Shown here: in pieces, positions 40,915 to 54,004 of the stretch
How the letters are laid out: each line of letters starts with the position of its first letter
Position numbering within the stretch: position 1 is the first letter of the stretch
Assembly (NCBI GenBank): GCA_951406725.2
Contig: OX597830.1
Location: 39,928,001-39,992,000 of the forward strand
From: Octopus vulgaris
Lineage: Eukaryota
Length of the DNA: 64,000 nt
Direction of reading: 5' to 3'
Translations under genes and position numbers: made by a program
The notes under the pieces: generated by a model
What the model saw: only the letters and a program-made list of their open reading frames with translations
Told to the model about the DNA's origin: nothing
The model's database searches: none

Positions 40915-41944
40915 CAGGTCAAAGATTATGAATCAGTGAGATACAAATACACATATAAATCATAAACCCATCTTTGGTTTATTCTTTTCTACGTACGTTT
41001 CCCCATTGTGGCAGTTTGGAACTCTGCATTGAATACTTAACAACAATGAATCATCAGGGAGCATTTTATTGCTTTCGTATCTCTTCTTCTTTATAAGGTC
41101 ATTAGTTTTGTGTAGTAAAATTTCCCGGGTGTAGCCGTTTACCAGGAATTTGTATATTTTTTCACAATTTTCCAAGATGTTGTTTATCTATATTCCAGTG
41201 TTGATGTCAGTGGAGCTCCACCGATGGGGAACAAGCTATATCATATTTTCTTTGTACAAATAGATGTACGACTCCAGCGGTTAAGTTTACAGCTCTACGT
41301 AGATTATCATCATCTAGTCTGCTTCCAGTATAATGGTTGAGCAAATACTATACTAAATGGTGAGATGGCGAGCATAAATGCCTGAGTTGATCTGTGCATT
41401 ATGAGTGAATCTTTTGACGGGAATGGTGTTGAAACCCGCCGTATGTCTCTGATAACGGACGCCCATAGGCTTGGCACATTAAAATATTTGTGAAAATCAC
41501 TTCATTAATAACTCTAAGATTATTGATAGTAATATGAAAATCCTTAACACCCAGTCATAAAAGTTATAAGTTGTTTAATGCTACACTGTGCTGGCTGAGT
41601 CATTTCAAGCAACTTGAGATAGTTTTTGTAAAGAAATATATGGAGTCAAACTAGACATTTTACTTCAAAGTTCAAGTGTTTCTTGGAATCATTTTGCTAT
41701 CCAACCAATAAAACTATTTAAAAATTAACTAGAACTGTTACTAATTTCAAGCTTACTTTGTAGCCACGAGGTATCACGTTCAGTCCCTCTGCACGGCACC
41801 TTGGGCAAGTGTCTTTTACTATAGCCTCGGTCGACTAGTGCCTTGTAAGTGGATTTGGTGGACAGAAACTGAAAGAAGCCTGTTGCACATATATGTGTGT
41901 GTTTATAACCATCCCCACCCCCACTTGAAACCGGTGTTGGTTTA

Positions 41945-42678
<734 letters not shown>

Positions 42679-43427
42679 CTATTTCTTTATGTTCCTCTAA
42701 GATAGGGACTCGTCGAACGAGTCCGACAGAACAAGTACCAGATTTTAAGAATATAAGTATTGAGATCGATTTTCTCCACTAAACTCTTCAAGTCGTTGCA
42801 GCAGCATGGCCGGAGTCCAATGACTGCAGCAAGTAAAAGATCAAACAACAAAGAAATAACATCTAAATTTAAATAAAACTATATAAAATTTAATAAACAT
42901 TAATTGCGGGAGATGTTATTATAAAGAAAATTTAACGACTAACAACTGCACTTTTCATTAAGGGTGCATTGAACTCGGAAGCAGAGGGCTTTTAATTAAG
43001 GGTGTATTGGCCTCAATTCTAAAATTAAGATGAAATTTGTAACAGAATTAGATGTAAGCGGAACGTGAGGATTTGCTTGATTAAGACGTTACGCAAAGCT
43101 TTAAAATGCAGTTATGCCGTATTTTTATAATATAATTAGAATTATAATTATTAGTTCTATAATGAGATTGTTGTTTTAGTAAAAATATATCTGTTATTCG
43201 GTATTATTACTCTTCTATATGAGTAGGGAATTAATTTGCTAGACCAAATGTTTTAGGTATTCAGTTATATCCTTTTGTGTTCTGATCTTCAAATCTTGAA
43301 ATTCTGCCAAGATCAAATGCTACTTTTTTACCTAGGCTACTAACAAAACAAAGTACCAGTCAAATATTGGGGCTGAGTTAATCAACTGACCCCCTCTTCC
43401 TTCAAAACAAATTTATGAGGTTGCTGC

Positions 43428-43702
43428 TGAGAACCTCTTCGGTTATGACTGACCGCGGGATTGCACCTAGAAAGTTACCCTCCCAGGCGCAAGTCCGGCC
43501 TCCCCTCTCCACGCCACCAGTGTTGTCCAAGGGAAAGGCAAAGGCCGATACAGCTTGGCACCTGTGACGTCGCAACTCATTTCTACAGCTGAGTGAACTG
43601 GAGTAACGTGGCTCAAGAACACAACACGTAACTCGATCCGGGATTCGAACTCACAACCTCACGATCGTAAGATCAACGCTCTAACCACTTAGCCATACGC
43701 CT
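43428..43702 (-). mobile_element. tRNA-derived SINE (head shared with family D, different 3' tail)
   Basis: Reverse complement ggcgtatggctaagtggttagag...gagttcgaatcc. Confidence 0.8.
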
Positions 43703-44689
43703 TTATTAGGTATTGCACAAATTTTAGATATTTCTATCATAATTGAAGTCGAATGGCGTGTTTAGGTTAAACCGATTTCACACTACATTCCCCCCCCCCC
43801 CTTACCAAAATACGAGTGGCCTTCAGCCTTAGATCAGATTCAGCCTTTGCTAAATGTGATGACGTCTTGGTAGAAAAATTTATGGCGTCAAAGTATATAA
43901 ATAAATATATATAATTATAATAAAAAAAATATAATTAAAAATATATAATGAGCTAATAAGTGTATGGCTGGCATAAATTTAGATAATTAGGAAAGGGTTA
44001 CTGCCGAATGAATTATGCAAAAACATTCTTAATTAATTGAAGTCTGCTTTCTGCGTTGAAAAAGAAACTAAAAAGGCATGCAATAGTAATTACTAGGGAA
44101 TTTCAGAAAAAAAGGGGATATTTGAAATTATAAGAAACTATCAGCTCTTTTAATGAATTTCACACAACTAGTAATACATGTTTAGAAGTAAATTTGATCT
44201 TTGTTAGCTGGGAAGATGACTGCTCGGGACTTGTTTCGATATGACTGGATCTCGTCAGTAAACCGGAGCCAAGTACGAGACTTCTTGATCAGTCAACTAG
44301 TAAGAAAAAAATATAAACATTTTGATCAATAGTGTTTTATTGTTGTTTCTACTGATGTTGTCGCTATTGTCGATAATACTGTTCTCATGTTATAGCCCTA
44401 TTGAGCAGGTCTATAGTCGTTCTATATGATCCAATACGCCTTTTGTGAAAAGCCACAAGGTTATGTTTTAAGGGAGATATTACTGCTATTTCTAGCAGGT
44501 CGACTGGATGCATAACGATCCAGGTTGACTAGTGTCGATTTTCTTCTCGTTGCATTGATAATTCCTCCTTGTATTGCATTATTTCGCTGTGTTACCCAAA
44601 GATTCTTTTGCACTCCAGTCCTCTGGACTTACTCCTGAGAAATCACTCCAGTTTACTATTCTATCGAATCCTTGCATTTTTAGTATTTA

Positions 44690-45026
44690 TCTGCATTTGA
44701 CAGTAGCCATATCTTGAAGGTTTTAGTTCCTAATCTTCAAGTTTAGTACTTATTTTCGGTCTATTTTTGCTGAGCCGCTAATTTACAGAGACATAAATAA
44801 ACCAATACCGGTCTTCAAGCGATGGAGGGGCAAACACAAACACAGACACATATACATATACAACGGCCTTCCGCACAGTTTACGTCCACCAAATTCGCTG
44901 ACAAAGTGGTAGCCAGTCCGGAGTTTTGTAAAAGACACTTGCTTAAGGTGCCCCGTTATGAGATTGAACCCTAAACCACGTGAGTATAAAGTAAGATTCT
45001 TAACCACACAATCATGCCTGCGCCTA
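44690..45026 (-). mobile_element. Old family A SINE
   Basis: Diverged reverse-complement match. Confidence 0.7.
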
Positions 45027-45924
45027 ATGAAAAGAGACTTTTGAGAATAAAGAAATAAATTATCAAAGTTGTTGTTACGTTCTAATTTGGGAAAAAAAAT
45101 TCAAAGACGCTCCAGTCGTAAACGTCTCATCATTTTATATATCCAAGATTTCTCTTTGGCTCAGTATTTCTTGATGGTATCGTAACAGCGTCTTCATAAT
45201 GAACACTATGTCTTGGACATTGTTGTAGGCGAAGTAGAACCCATACCGATCTAGGTTTAACTACAGTCGACTTCTTTCAAAAAGACAGACAGACAGAAAG
45301 AGAAGAACCGGCCTAGTATTGGACTAGTACTTTAAATTTACTTCGACTGGATTGAACTCGGAGCGCAGAGCTCCTGAAAGATTGCCGCAAAATAATTTAT
45401 GCAGTATTCTAACGACTCTGTCAGTTGGCGGCCTTAAAGCCAAAACAGCTTTGATAATGTTTCCTTTTTTCCATAAAATCTAACTGACCTTACCTTAACA
45501 CTTATGTAACATTTCTTCGTTTGTTTGTTGCTTCATATATCTATGTTGTTTAGGGAATTTGACAAGATCTCTCACTTGCCGCATCTCATTCATATTCTAG
45601 TATTTGAAACGAAATGTTAAATAAAGATACTTGTTTTTACTTCACGCGGTCTAATTGCTCTGAAAGGAATGTCATGGAAAGAAATTATCAGACGTTATTT
45701 CAAGTACTATGACACAAGCAAAGCCAAATTGTCAGTATTCGATGAGTTGATGATACTGCTTCAAGTAATGATAATTTGATACACCAACAAATAACCCCTT
45801 CAAGTCACATTTTGTACAATTGCCATTCAATAATATAACTCACCTTTATCGGCACACGCATCACAGAGACATAAACAAACCAACACCGGTCTATAATCGC
45901 TACCCAACATTAAATGATTTAACA

Positions 45925-46266
45925 CAGTGGATTCTAGCCGGGGTTCACATGATCCCTGAACGTCCATATAAAAATTGAGTGGGGGTCCACGCAAGCAAAA
46001 TAGCAAATTCGAGATCCACAGTAATATATTAAGGGCTCATGGAAAAAAATTTGCTTTAGATGTATTTATAGTAAGAAACACCGAGGTTTCTTTCACTAAC
46101 ATTTTACATAGTTCAGCCTACACAAGTTAGTGTGTGAAAAACAAAATAGGAATTTTGAAAAAGTTTCTATAAAACTAGTTTTTAAACAGCCAATGGCTGT
46201 GGGAGTCCACCGGAATAAAGTAGTATTCAAAGGGGTCCATAGATATAAAATGGTTGAGAACCACAG
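45925..46266. mobile_element. hAT-type MITE
   Basis: Ends cagtggattctagcc / ggttgagaaccacag resemble the CAGTGGTTCTCAACC hAT TIR. Confidence 0.65.
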
Positions 46267-46499
46267 GTCTGACACAACTCACATGGCGCATACGAAGCAT
46301 AATTTCCACAGAATGATATTGTACAACTCTTAGTGCACATATTCTATACAACCAACTGACGAATGACGAAGGTAACACCAGAATCAACAGCTACAAAACC
46401 CACAACAAAGCAAAAATAATGTGATATGCAAACTCAGCTCTACATCACCAGACAACGATGTAGCACATGCGCATGCACACACACACACACACACACATT

Positions 46500-47012
46500 T
46501 CAGGAACACGGAGGATCCCTTGATGGTAGTGTAGAAACATACATGGAAAGGTTGAAAAGATGGTTAATACAACCTCTTCTGGGATGTTCACAATGAACAT
46601 ACGTGGTGAACACAATCAATGCTTTCTTCGTTGGTGACAGTTGCAGGACGTCAAGACCTTGGGTCATCTTCAAGACTCTCCTTTCCCTCCAGCTGCCCAC
46701 TTTTGCACCGTTGATAAAGCTGGAGCGCAATCTCCTAATATAGTAGCCATGTCAGCATGAATATCCTTGGGAGCAAAGCCCTTTTTCTGCAGGTACTTCA
46801 TAACACCACGGTCCTAAATTTTGTTTATTTTCAAGTGAGGTCGCTACTAGTTACTTTTTAAGTCCCTTTTGAACAGTCAGATGTCAGTTTACCTGGAAAG
46901 AACCAATTGCTGTTATTAATAAGAAAGAGTTAAAATTAATGCATGCAAGATTTCACGGCTGTAGCATCACTCCTTCATAATCAACCTATGAACCTTGCAG
47001 CTCACACTCGTA
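46500..47012 (-). mobile_element. Truncated mariner 5' end
   Basis: TIR-like end ...gctcacactcg|ta; remnants RGVMKYLQKKG and KVGSWR. Confidence 0.7.
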
Positions 47013-48619
47013 GATATCTGCAGAAGGTAATCTGTCATATGAAAACAAAATATAAGACAATTTAATGTATAAAAATGACAAACATTAAGAGCAAGTTAGT
47101 TCAATAAGGCTTTAGTACAAAATTATATTTTTCTAATAATATGTTGATTACCGTGCATAACAATTTCCCCTGGTTTTGAAATATTGTCTCAGGGAGGACA
47201 GCTTCGGAAAGTTTGCCCTTTGCTTTTCCGGGTAAGTTTGAAGAACCAAAGTTTTAATGGAAGATGGTAAGCAAAAAGATTATGGAACACATCCAATCGA
47301 GATGGGCGCCAAATGAAATACTTAGATGAACAAAATTTAGATGAAACGAGTTGTGATGTTCATATTTCTCTCGACAGTACATCAGTCACATGCGTGATGA
47401 AGAGGTCGGTTTTCTTGTTTCCATTTCACAATATTTAGTTTCATTTCTCGTGATTCTGAATTCAAATCCTGCTGGGATAAACTTCAGCTTACATCCTTTC
47501 AAAGTTGGAAATAAATACAGAACACTATTATAAAGGATTCGATTCAACTGGTTATTTGTATTTCAATCAGCAAAATCGATATTTAACCAATTAAGCGTGA
47601 GAAATTGGCGAAATAGCTCTGCGTCAAACTAAATACTTTACATTTTTCAGGTTCATCTCATATCTTAACGGAGCCAACTTTGATTTTCATCTTTCCGGGG
47701 TTTTGCTAAAATAAATATTTATGATATAACATATTATATAATATAACAATAATATCAATGAGATCGATTCAGTTGATTGTATACTCCTTCCGTAAAAGTG
47801 ATCATTGCGCCTCATTAAAAGAAATAAATATTACATCAGCACAACGGATCTATCAATGATCTAGTAACAGCTACTGATTGCATCAGCGCAGCATACCTCT
47901 GAGCCTTGTTGCAGCACCAGCACACACTGCAACATCAACACCGGTTTTAACACTATGCGTCAACACCAATTCCTTTAACGGCACTAATATTTTTTTACTT
48001 TAGCAGAAGTTTGTCAATGTTTTTTTCTTTTCATTCTAGCCAGTGCCACATTCTCTTAACAGTAACACTACAAAACGACCATATGTTACAAAATGAAAAA
48101 TAAAAACACACATAGAACATAAGACAGTGCACCATAATACTAAGCTACAAACGTTACACAAACAGTATGCTGCTGCTACAGCTACTACTACTACTACCAC
48201 TACCACTACTACTACTACTACTACTACTGCAATTACTACTACTGATACTACTACTACTGTTGCTACTATTATACTACTACTACTACTACTACTATACTAC
48301 TACTACTACTACAATAAAACATTTCAAAGACACAACACATTAATAGTTATTACTGCACTCTAACACATTACAAAAATAAATACATTGCAATATACTACTT
48401 CACTGCACAATATCACACAAAGAAATAAACATTACAGAACATTACAAAATATGCTACAATACATTGTAAAGAAGAATGCTGCACCAAAGAACTGCTCTGC
48501 GAGACACTAAAAAGAAAAGCAGTTGAATATTCTGAAAGTCATCATGCCTCAGTATTCTATGCATCGCTAAACTGGATCAATGGTGTTTCTTTCTTTTCTT
48601 TCCTCTTGCATTTTGCTTG

Positions 48620-49115
48620 CCAATAGCAGCAGATGTTTTAGAACAAAAATCTACTGCAGCATCAGCAACTGTTACAAAACCAACAATACTGGAAATGACA
48701 GCAACAAATGATTGGAAGCCAGTGCCTGAAAAGGGAGCATCTGCAGTTACGACATCAACGGTGTTTGCCAGAGCGAGCAGCAGAAGTTTTGAAATTAAAA
48801 TCTGCAGCTGGTATCAACAACTGTTACAAGACCAATGATGTTCTCAACAGGTATTTCAAAGCCATCACTTATTAACAGCATCAAACAACTGTTAACATTT
48901 TCGCATTTTCGCAACACCAACATCTTTTAAAACTATTTTCTATAGTATCAGCGACTGTTAGAATGTCATGGCTTTTTTACAACACTAATAGCTATTTTAA
49001 AACCAATATATGTTAATAGCATCCACGGCTGTTATTCTACCGATGGTTTTTGAAACCTCCACAAATGTTTTAAACTATCACCTTCTTCAGCATTAACTAT
49101 TGCTACAATACAAAA
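48620..49115. repeat. Degenerate ~65-75 bp tandem repeat downstream of the SK stop codon
   Basis: agcatca(a/g)caactgtta recurs near 48658, 48811, 48878, 48944, 49018 and 49088. Confidence 0.55.
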
Positions 49116-49579
49116 CGTGTAGTAAAGTCAAATACTAGATAAGAGGAAATTAGAGATAAAATAGCAAGAGCTACTGTAACTGAGACATTGCTAACTGTAT
49201 TACACACATTATGGTAACAGTAGTAATGCCACACTAACTTTTATTTGAAGTGTAGTGATTGGTGGAATCGGCGAGGTTAGTCTTTGCAGAGCAAGATATG
49301 CCGAAAACCACAGAAATTAACATGATAACATCAAAACTTTATTAAACTTTATCAAACTTAAAATTAGCTCTACGATAACGAGAGGAATTTGTGATGATTA
49401 AACCGCAATGTGAGTGGTTTAGAGAGTCTGTTGTTGAGGTATAATAATGATATTCATGGAAGAAACTCTAAAATAGTCTAACAACGTGACAGGCTGGTGC
49501 TAGTTAATTTTAAAATGTTATTTTTTTAAACTTTTTGTAAGTCTCTAATTTTAAAATGTTGGTAAATCTCTAAATACGT

Positions 49580-50980
49580 TTATTTACCTAGCAATAAATT
49601 ATGTATTGCGTCGAGTTTATCATTTATTTGGTTTGTGCTAGTCTCTAGAGACACCACCCTTTCACAGATGTTGTTTTGCTTAGTGTTCAACTCATCTACC
49701 ATCCGAAGAACGTTTTCCAAAGTCTTACTCAATTCTATTAATCCAATGGCACTTTCTCTCAATGTAATATTTTCGCTCTTGGCAACCCGCATTAGTTGAA
49801 TAGATTGCAGTAACTTGCTTCTATGTTTTAAAGTATCTGTGTATTTGCTTCTACTGACAGAATTCAGTGAACCAGCGGGGGTCAACCGCTGCTCCGACAA
49901 TTTCTTGCCTTTATGATGACACCACAAAAACATTACCTGCTTCACAACGTCTGCGGCCGCGTTTCTGTAACATTTGTCAAGATGCGCTCTCGTCACAAAA
50001 TTGTGCACATATTTCTCGGCTCTAGTCTGTTCAATTTTCTGAGCAATCACTGCTACAAGCAGAGCCGTGGTTCCAACTCCCATTAACCCAGTGCATACAC
50101 AAATAAACTGACCGCATGAACTATTTGGTGTCACGTCTCCATAACCAACCGTAAGGAATGTAATTGCTATCAACCACATTGAGTTGGAAAAATTATTCTC
50201 GTTTTTACTGGCATAGTAAAATTCGCATGTCTTCATCGCCCAGCTATCCACAAAGAACATGATTACCATTATAGCTATCAAAGTGGTCCCTGGTTTTGTA
50301 GACATCAAAGCTTTGAATATAAAAGGAGAGTTAATTTTCACTTTATTGAGCGCACCGAGACTCTGTGTAGAAGTATCACTATATAACTTGCTGTGAATCA
50401 CCATAAATTTGCCAACGATGTAAAGTCGTAACAACATCAAAATGGATAGAAAGGGATCAAGACTGACCATTTTATTTTCACCATCTTTAAAAGATAATTC
50501 TATTTGAATGCTCATTGGCGGAGGGTGTATAGCACATATTATCAGTTCCGTACACACTTTTATATATGTACTCGTATCTGTTGCCAGTCGCCAATCTTCC
50601 AAACCATTTGCGGTCATTCTTAAACGTATGCCGGTAATATGATAAAGTATTATAGCACCCAGTAGAGCTAATGTTGAAAGAGAGATTGAAAATTTGATAG
50701 AAAACGATATGAGAGATGATTTCGTGTAGTAATTTCTGGAATGTAATTCTGTTTCAATTAACATTAAAATTATGCCAAACATAGCAAGAGAAAACTCAAC
50801 GTTCACAATTCGTCGACGCTGGCGAAACAACTTCTTTCGTTGGCTCAAGCGGCGACTGATGTCTTCAAATGTTTTCGTCACATTATTTGAAGCTACCGAA
50901 GGTGGTTTTTCTTCCACGTATTTTTTGTATTTCACTGCTCGAGATATCAGTGGCATGTCGTGAAATTTGGGTTTGCTCAT
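49580..50980 (-). CDS. SK: Small-conductance calcium-activated potassium channel (SK/KCNN family), 466 aa, CDS in a single exon
   Basis: Uninterrupted ORF with six hydrophobic segments; SK motifs ICAIHPPP, LRLY, HSKLYSDTSTQSLGALNK; pore MWLIAITFLTVGYGD; S6/CaMBD TRAEKYVHNF...NAAA...HRSKLLQSI; C-terminal coiled coil. Start set at accATG (50980), just after a pyrimidine-rich acceptor tatctatttgcag|ttcacc (exon starts 50986). The extra 31 codons in the ORF track look intronic. Confidence 0.95.
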   Translation of the reverse strand: MSKPKFHDMPLISRAVKYKKYVEEKPPSVASNNVTKTFEDISRRLSQRKKLFRQRRRIVNVEFSLAMFGIILMLIETELHSRNYYTKSSLISFSIKFSISLSTLALLGAIILYHITGIRLRMTANGLEDWRLATDTSTYIKVCTELIICAIHPPPMSIQIELSFKDGENKMVSLDPFLSILMLLRLYIVGKFMVIHSKLYSDTSTQSLGALNKVKINSPFIFKALMSTKPGTTLIAIMVIMFFVDSWAMKTCEFYYASKNENNFSNSMWLIAITFLTVGYGDVTPNSSCGQFICVCTGLMGVGTTALLVAVIAQKIEQTRAEKYVHNFVTRAHLDKCYRNAAADVVKQVMFLWCHHKGKKLSEQRLTPAGSLNSVSRSKYTDTLKHRSKLLQSIQLMRVAKSENITLRESAIGLIELSKTLENVLRMVDELNTKQNNICERVVSLETSTNQINDKLDAIHNLLLGK

Positions 50981-50986
50981 GGTGAA

Positions 50987-51060
50987 CTGCAAATAGATAT
51001 AGAAATAAGGAACTATTAGAAATAATATAACAAATAACAAGAAATAAATAAATTCAGAAA
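50987..51060 (-). promoter_or_regulatory. 3' splice acceptor and polypyrimidine tract preceding the SK coding exon (implies an upstream 5'UTR exon)
   Basis: Minus strand reads ...ttccttatttctatatctatttgcag|ttcaccATG. Confidence 0.7.
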
Positions 51061-51188
51061 TAAAAGACTGCAAAGATAATACATTAATTGGATTAAGTTT
51101 GCAATTTAAACATAATATAAAACTTACAAGGGAGTATGAATTGCTTTATTGCTTATTGATTATATCTATTGGAGAATATAGGAAGAGC

Positions 51189-51494
51189 ACTCCGTCGGTT
51201 ACGACGAGGGTCCCAGCTGATACGATCAACAGAACAGCTTGCTCGTGAAATTAACATGCAAGCGGCTGAGCACTCCACAGGCACGTGTACCCTTAAAGTA
51301 GTTCTCAGAGAGATTCAGCGTGACACAGTGTGACAAGGCTGGCCCTTTGAAATACAGGTACAACTCATTTTTTTCTAGCTGAGTGGACTGGAGCAATGTG
51401 AAATAAAGTGCCTTGCTCAAGGACACAACGCGTCGCCGGCAATTGAACTCATGATCTTTCGATCGTGAGTCGAATGCTCTAATCATTAAGCCAC
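51189..51494 (-). mobile_element. Family D SINE (minus copy of inverted pair)
   Basis: Reverse complement of 51508-51813. Confidence 0.9.
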
Positions 51495-51507
51495 TAAATG
51501 GGATACG

Positions 51508-51813
51508 AGGGCGCGTGGCTTAGTGGTTAGGGCATTTGGCTCATGATCGTAAGGTTGTGAGTTCGATTCCCGGCGACGCGTTGTGTCCTTGAGCAAGACA
51601 CTTTATTTCACGTTGCTCCAGTCCACTCAGCTGGCAAAAATGAGTTGTACTTGTATTTCAAAGGGTCAGCCTTGTCACTTTCTGTGTCACGCTGATTATC
51701 CCCGAGACTACTACGTGTCTGTGGAATGCTCAGCCATTTGCACGTTAATTTCACGAGCAAGCTGTTCCGTTGATCGTATCAGCTGGGACCCTCGTCGTCG
51801 TAACCGGCGGAGT
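51508..51813 (+). mobile_element. Family D SINE (plus copy), 10-bp TSD
   Basis: A box tggcttagtgg, B box gagttcgattcc, T tail; TSD taaatgggat at 51495-51504 and 51827-51836. Confidence 0.9.
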
Positions 51814-52639
51814 CTTTTTTTTTTTTTAAATGGGATTATGTATGTACATGCAAAATGAGAGAAAGCAAAAGGTGGAGACTTTCAGCTAATGAATTCTTTA
51901 GTATAAATATATTAGAGATTAGTTTAAAATGTTAATGAGAAGAGTAACGTTTCGGTCGTTAGTCTTTCATCAGAAGTAAGAAAGAGAGCTTAGAGGGGGT
52001 GAGAAAGAGAAATGATCAATTAATTAGAAGAAACACAAGCGAAGGATTAGAAACCAGATGAAAATGTAGAAGTCAAGAAAGGAGAAAAGGGTGGGTGCGC
52101 AAATGCTGCTATACGAGTGTATCCACACAAGGAGTCGTGTGTGGGGGAGAGGGTGTGGCGTATGTATATGGAGGTGTATAAGTGTGGAAGTATAGTGGCA
52201 TTGGTTAGTAGGGGTGTAGTGGATATAACCGTGAGGTGGATGTGGATGGTGTGAGAGTTTTTATGTCAGGGGATGAGTGTGCGTGCAACTGGAAGGGAAT
52301 AGAGATGTTGGTGAAGCAATTGGGAGAATAACATGGAATAACGTGAGATGTTTATGTGTCTATCTACGTATGTATGCATGTATGTGTGAATGCGTATGTA
52401 TGCTTATATGTATGTATGCATATGTGTGAGTTTATGTATGTATGTATCTCATTATTCAGTTTATTTCAAGATTTCTCGCCAATAGAGAAAGAACCGGTTT
52501 CTAACCTAGATACAAGGCTCCTTCGACAACAGGTTTTTTTTTGCATGAATGTACGTATGTATGTTTGAATGTATGTATGCAAGTAGCTGCGTATGTGCAG
52601 ATTTGTATGTTTTATGTATATATTCTCATGCATATAGTT

Positions 52640-52830
52640 ACATATCTAGACATGGTCATATATATTTAAATAAACTTCTGGAAAGTTTTATAGATTTTTA
52701 CAGTTCCAGTGATGGATTGGATCTGTAGTCTTCGAATTAGCTTTCTTCTTTCTGGTTTGAGAAGCTAATTTCTCAAGATTGTTACATATCCCAGGATCCC
52801 AATAACTACAGGTATAAACCTGAACCATGT
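52640..52830 (-). mobile_element. 3' end of a REL-type non-LTR element within (TATG)n
   Basis: FIPVVIGILGYV...RRLQIQSITGTVKIYKTF on the minus strand. Confidence 0.6.
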
Positions 52831-53279
52831 ATCTATGTATGCATGCATGCATATAATCATGCATGTATGTATATTTGCATGTATGTATGTATATGTTTAT
52901 GTATGCGTGTATGTATTTATGTATGTATGTATGTATGTATGTATGTATGTATGTATGTATGTATGTATGTATGTATGTATGTATGTCTTCTCTTCTTGAC
53001 TGGGGTTTTAAAGTTAGTTTTCCTGGGCCATCTGCTCTGTGGCAAGGTCGTAAAGAAAGGCATTATTTTTTTTAAATCTGTAAGTGATATTCTTTTCAAA
53101 ATCCTTTGCACAACCATTCATCCTTTAAATTGTAAGGAGATCTTGCTGATGTTTCATTGTCCCAGATATCATAGTCATAAGTTGTCTTCCATTGATCTCA
53201 TTTCAATGATACTTTTTAAACCAGATGAATTCATATCGTGTCATAACAAGAATTCTTTCCAATTTTTCTGAGAAAGGCC

Positions 53280-53810
53280 AGGATTACGGAAGGGAAGGGG
53301 AAGCCAGTTACATCGATTCCAGTGCTCTGTTTGTAGTTATTTTACCGACACCGAAAGAAGGAAAAGTACAGTCGACCTCAGCGGCATTTGAAATCAGAAC
53401 GTAAAGCCGGAAGAAATGTCGCTGAGCATTTTTCCGACATGCTAACAATTCTTTTCTACTCTAGGCACAAGGCCCGAAATTTTGGGGGAGGAAGCCATTC
53501 GATTAGATCGACCCCAGTACGCAACTGGTACTGAATTTATCGACCCTGAATGGAAGAAAAGCAAAGTCGACCTACGTAAAGACATGAAATACTTATTTCT
53601 TTACTACCCACAAGGGGCTAAGCACAGAGGGGACGAACAAGGACACACAAACAGATTAAGTCGATTGCATCGACCCCAGTGCGTAACTGGTATTTAATTT
53701 ATCGATCCCGAAAGGATAAAAGGCAAAGTCGACGTCGGCGGAATTTGAACTCAGAACGTAAAGACAGACGATATACGGCTACGCATATAACGTTTCTTCC
53801 AGCTCGCCGC
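53280..53810 (-). mobile_element. Nested family B SINE array
   Basis: Three overlapping bodies; tail-to-head junction near 53590. Confidence 0.85.
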
Positions 53811-53853
53811 TTTTATCACTCTAATAATAATAATAGATATAATAGATATGAAG

Positions 53854-53891
<38 letters not shown>

Positions 53892-53893
53892 AA

Positions 53894-54004
<111 letters not shown>

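Noticed and set aside
40960-41470. Host gene exon
   Set aside because: Multiple stops and no clear splice sites; probably an old retroelement fragment, family not identifiable by eye.
50981-51073. Hydrophobic 31-aa N-terminal extension of the SK ORF (apparent extra TM or signal peptide)
   Set aside because: It starts at a TTG, translates a T-rich polypyrimidine tract and ends at a canonical CAG acceptor, so it is most likely intron.
51508-51575. tRNA gene
   Set aside because: A/B boxes continue into a repeated SINE body with tail and TSD; no acceptor stem or CCA context.
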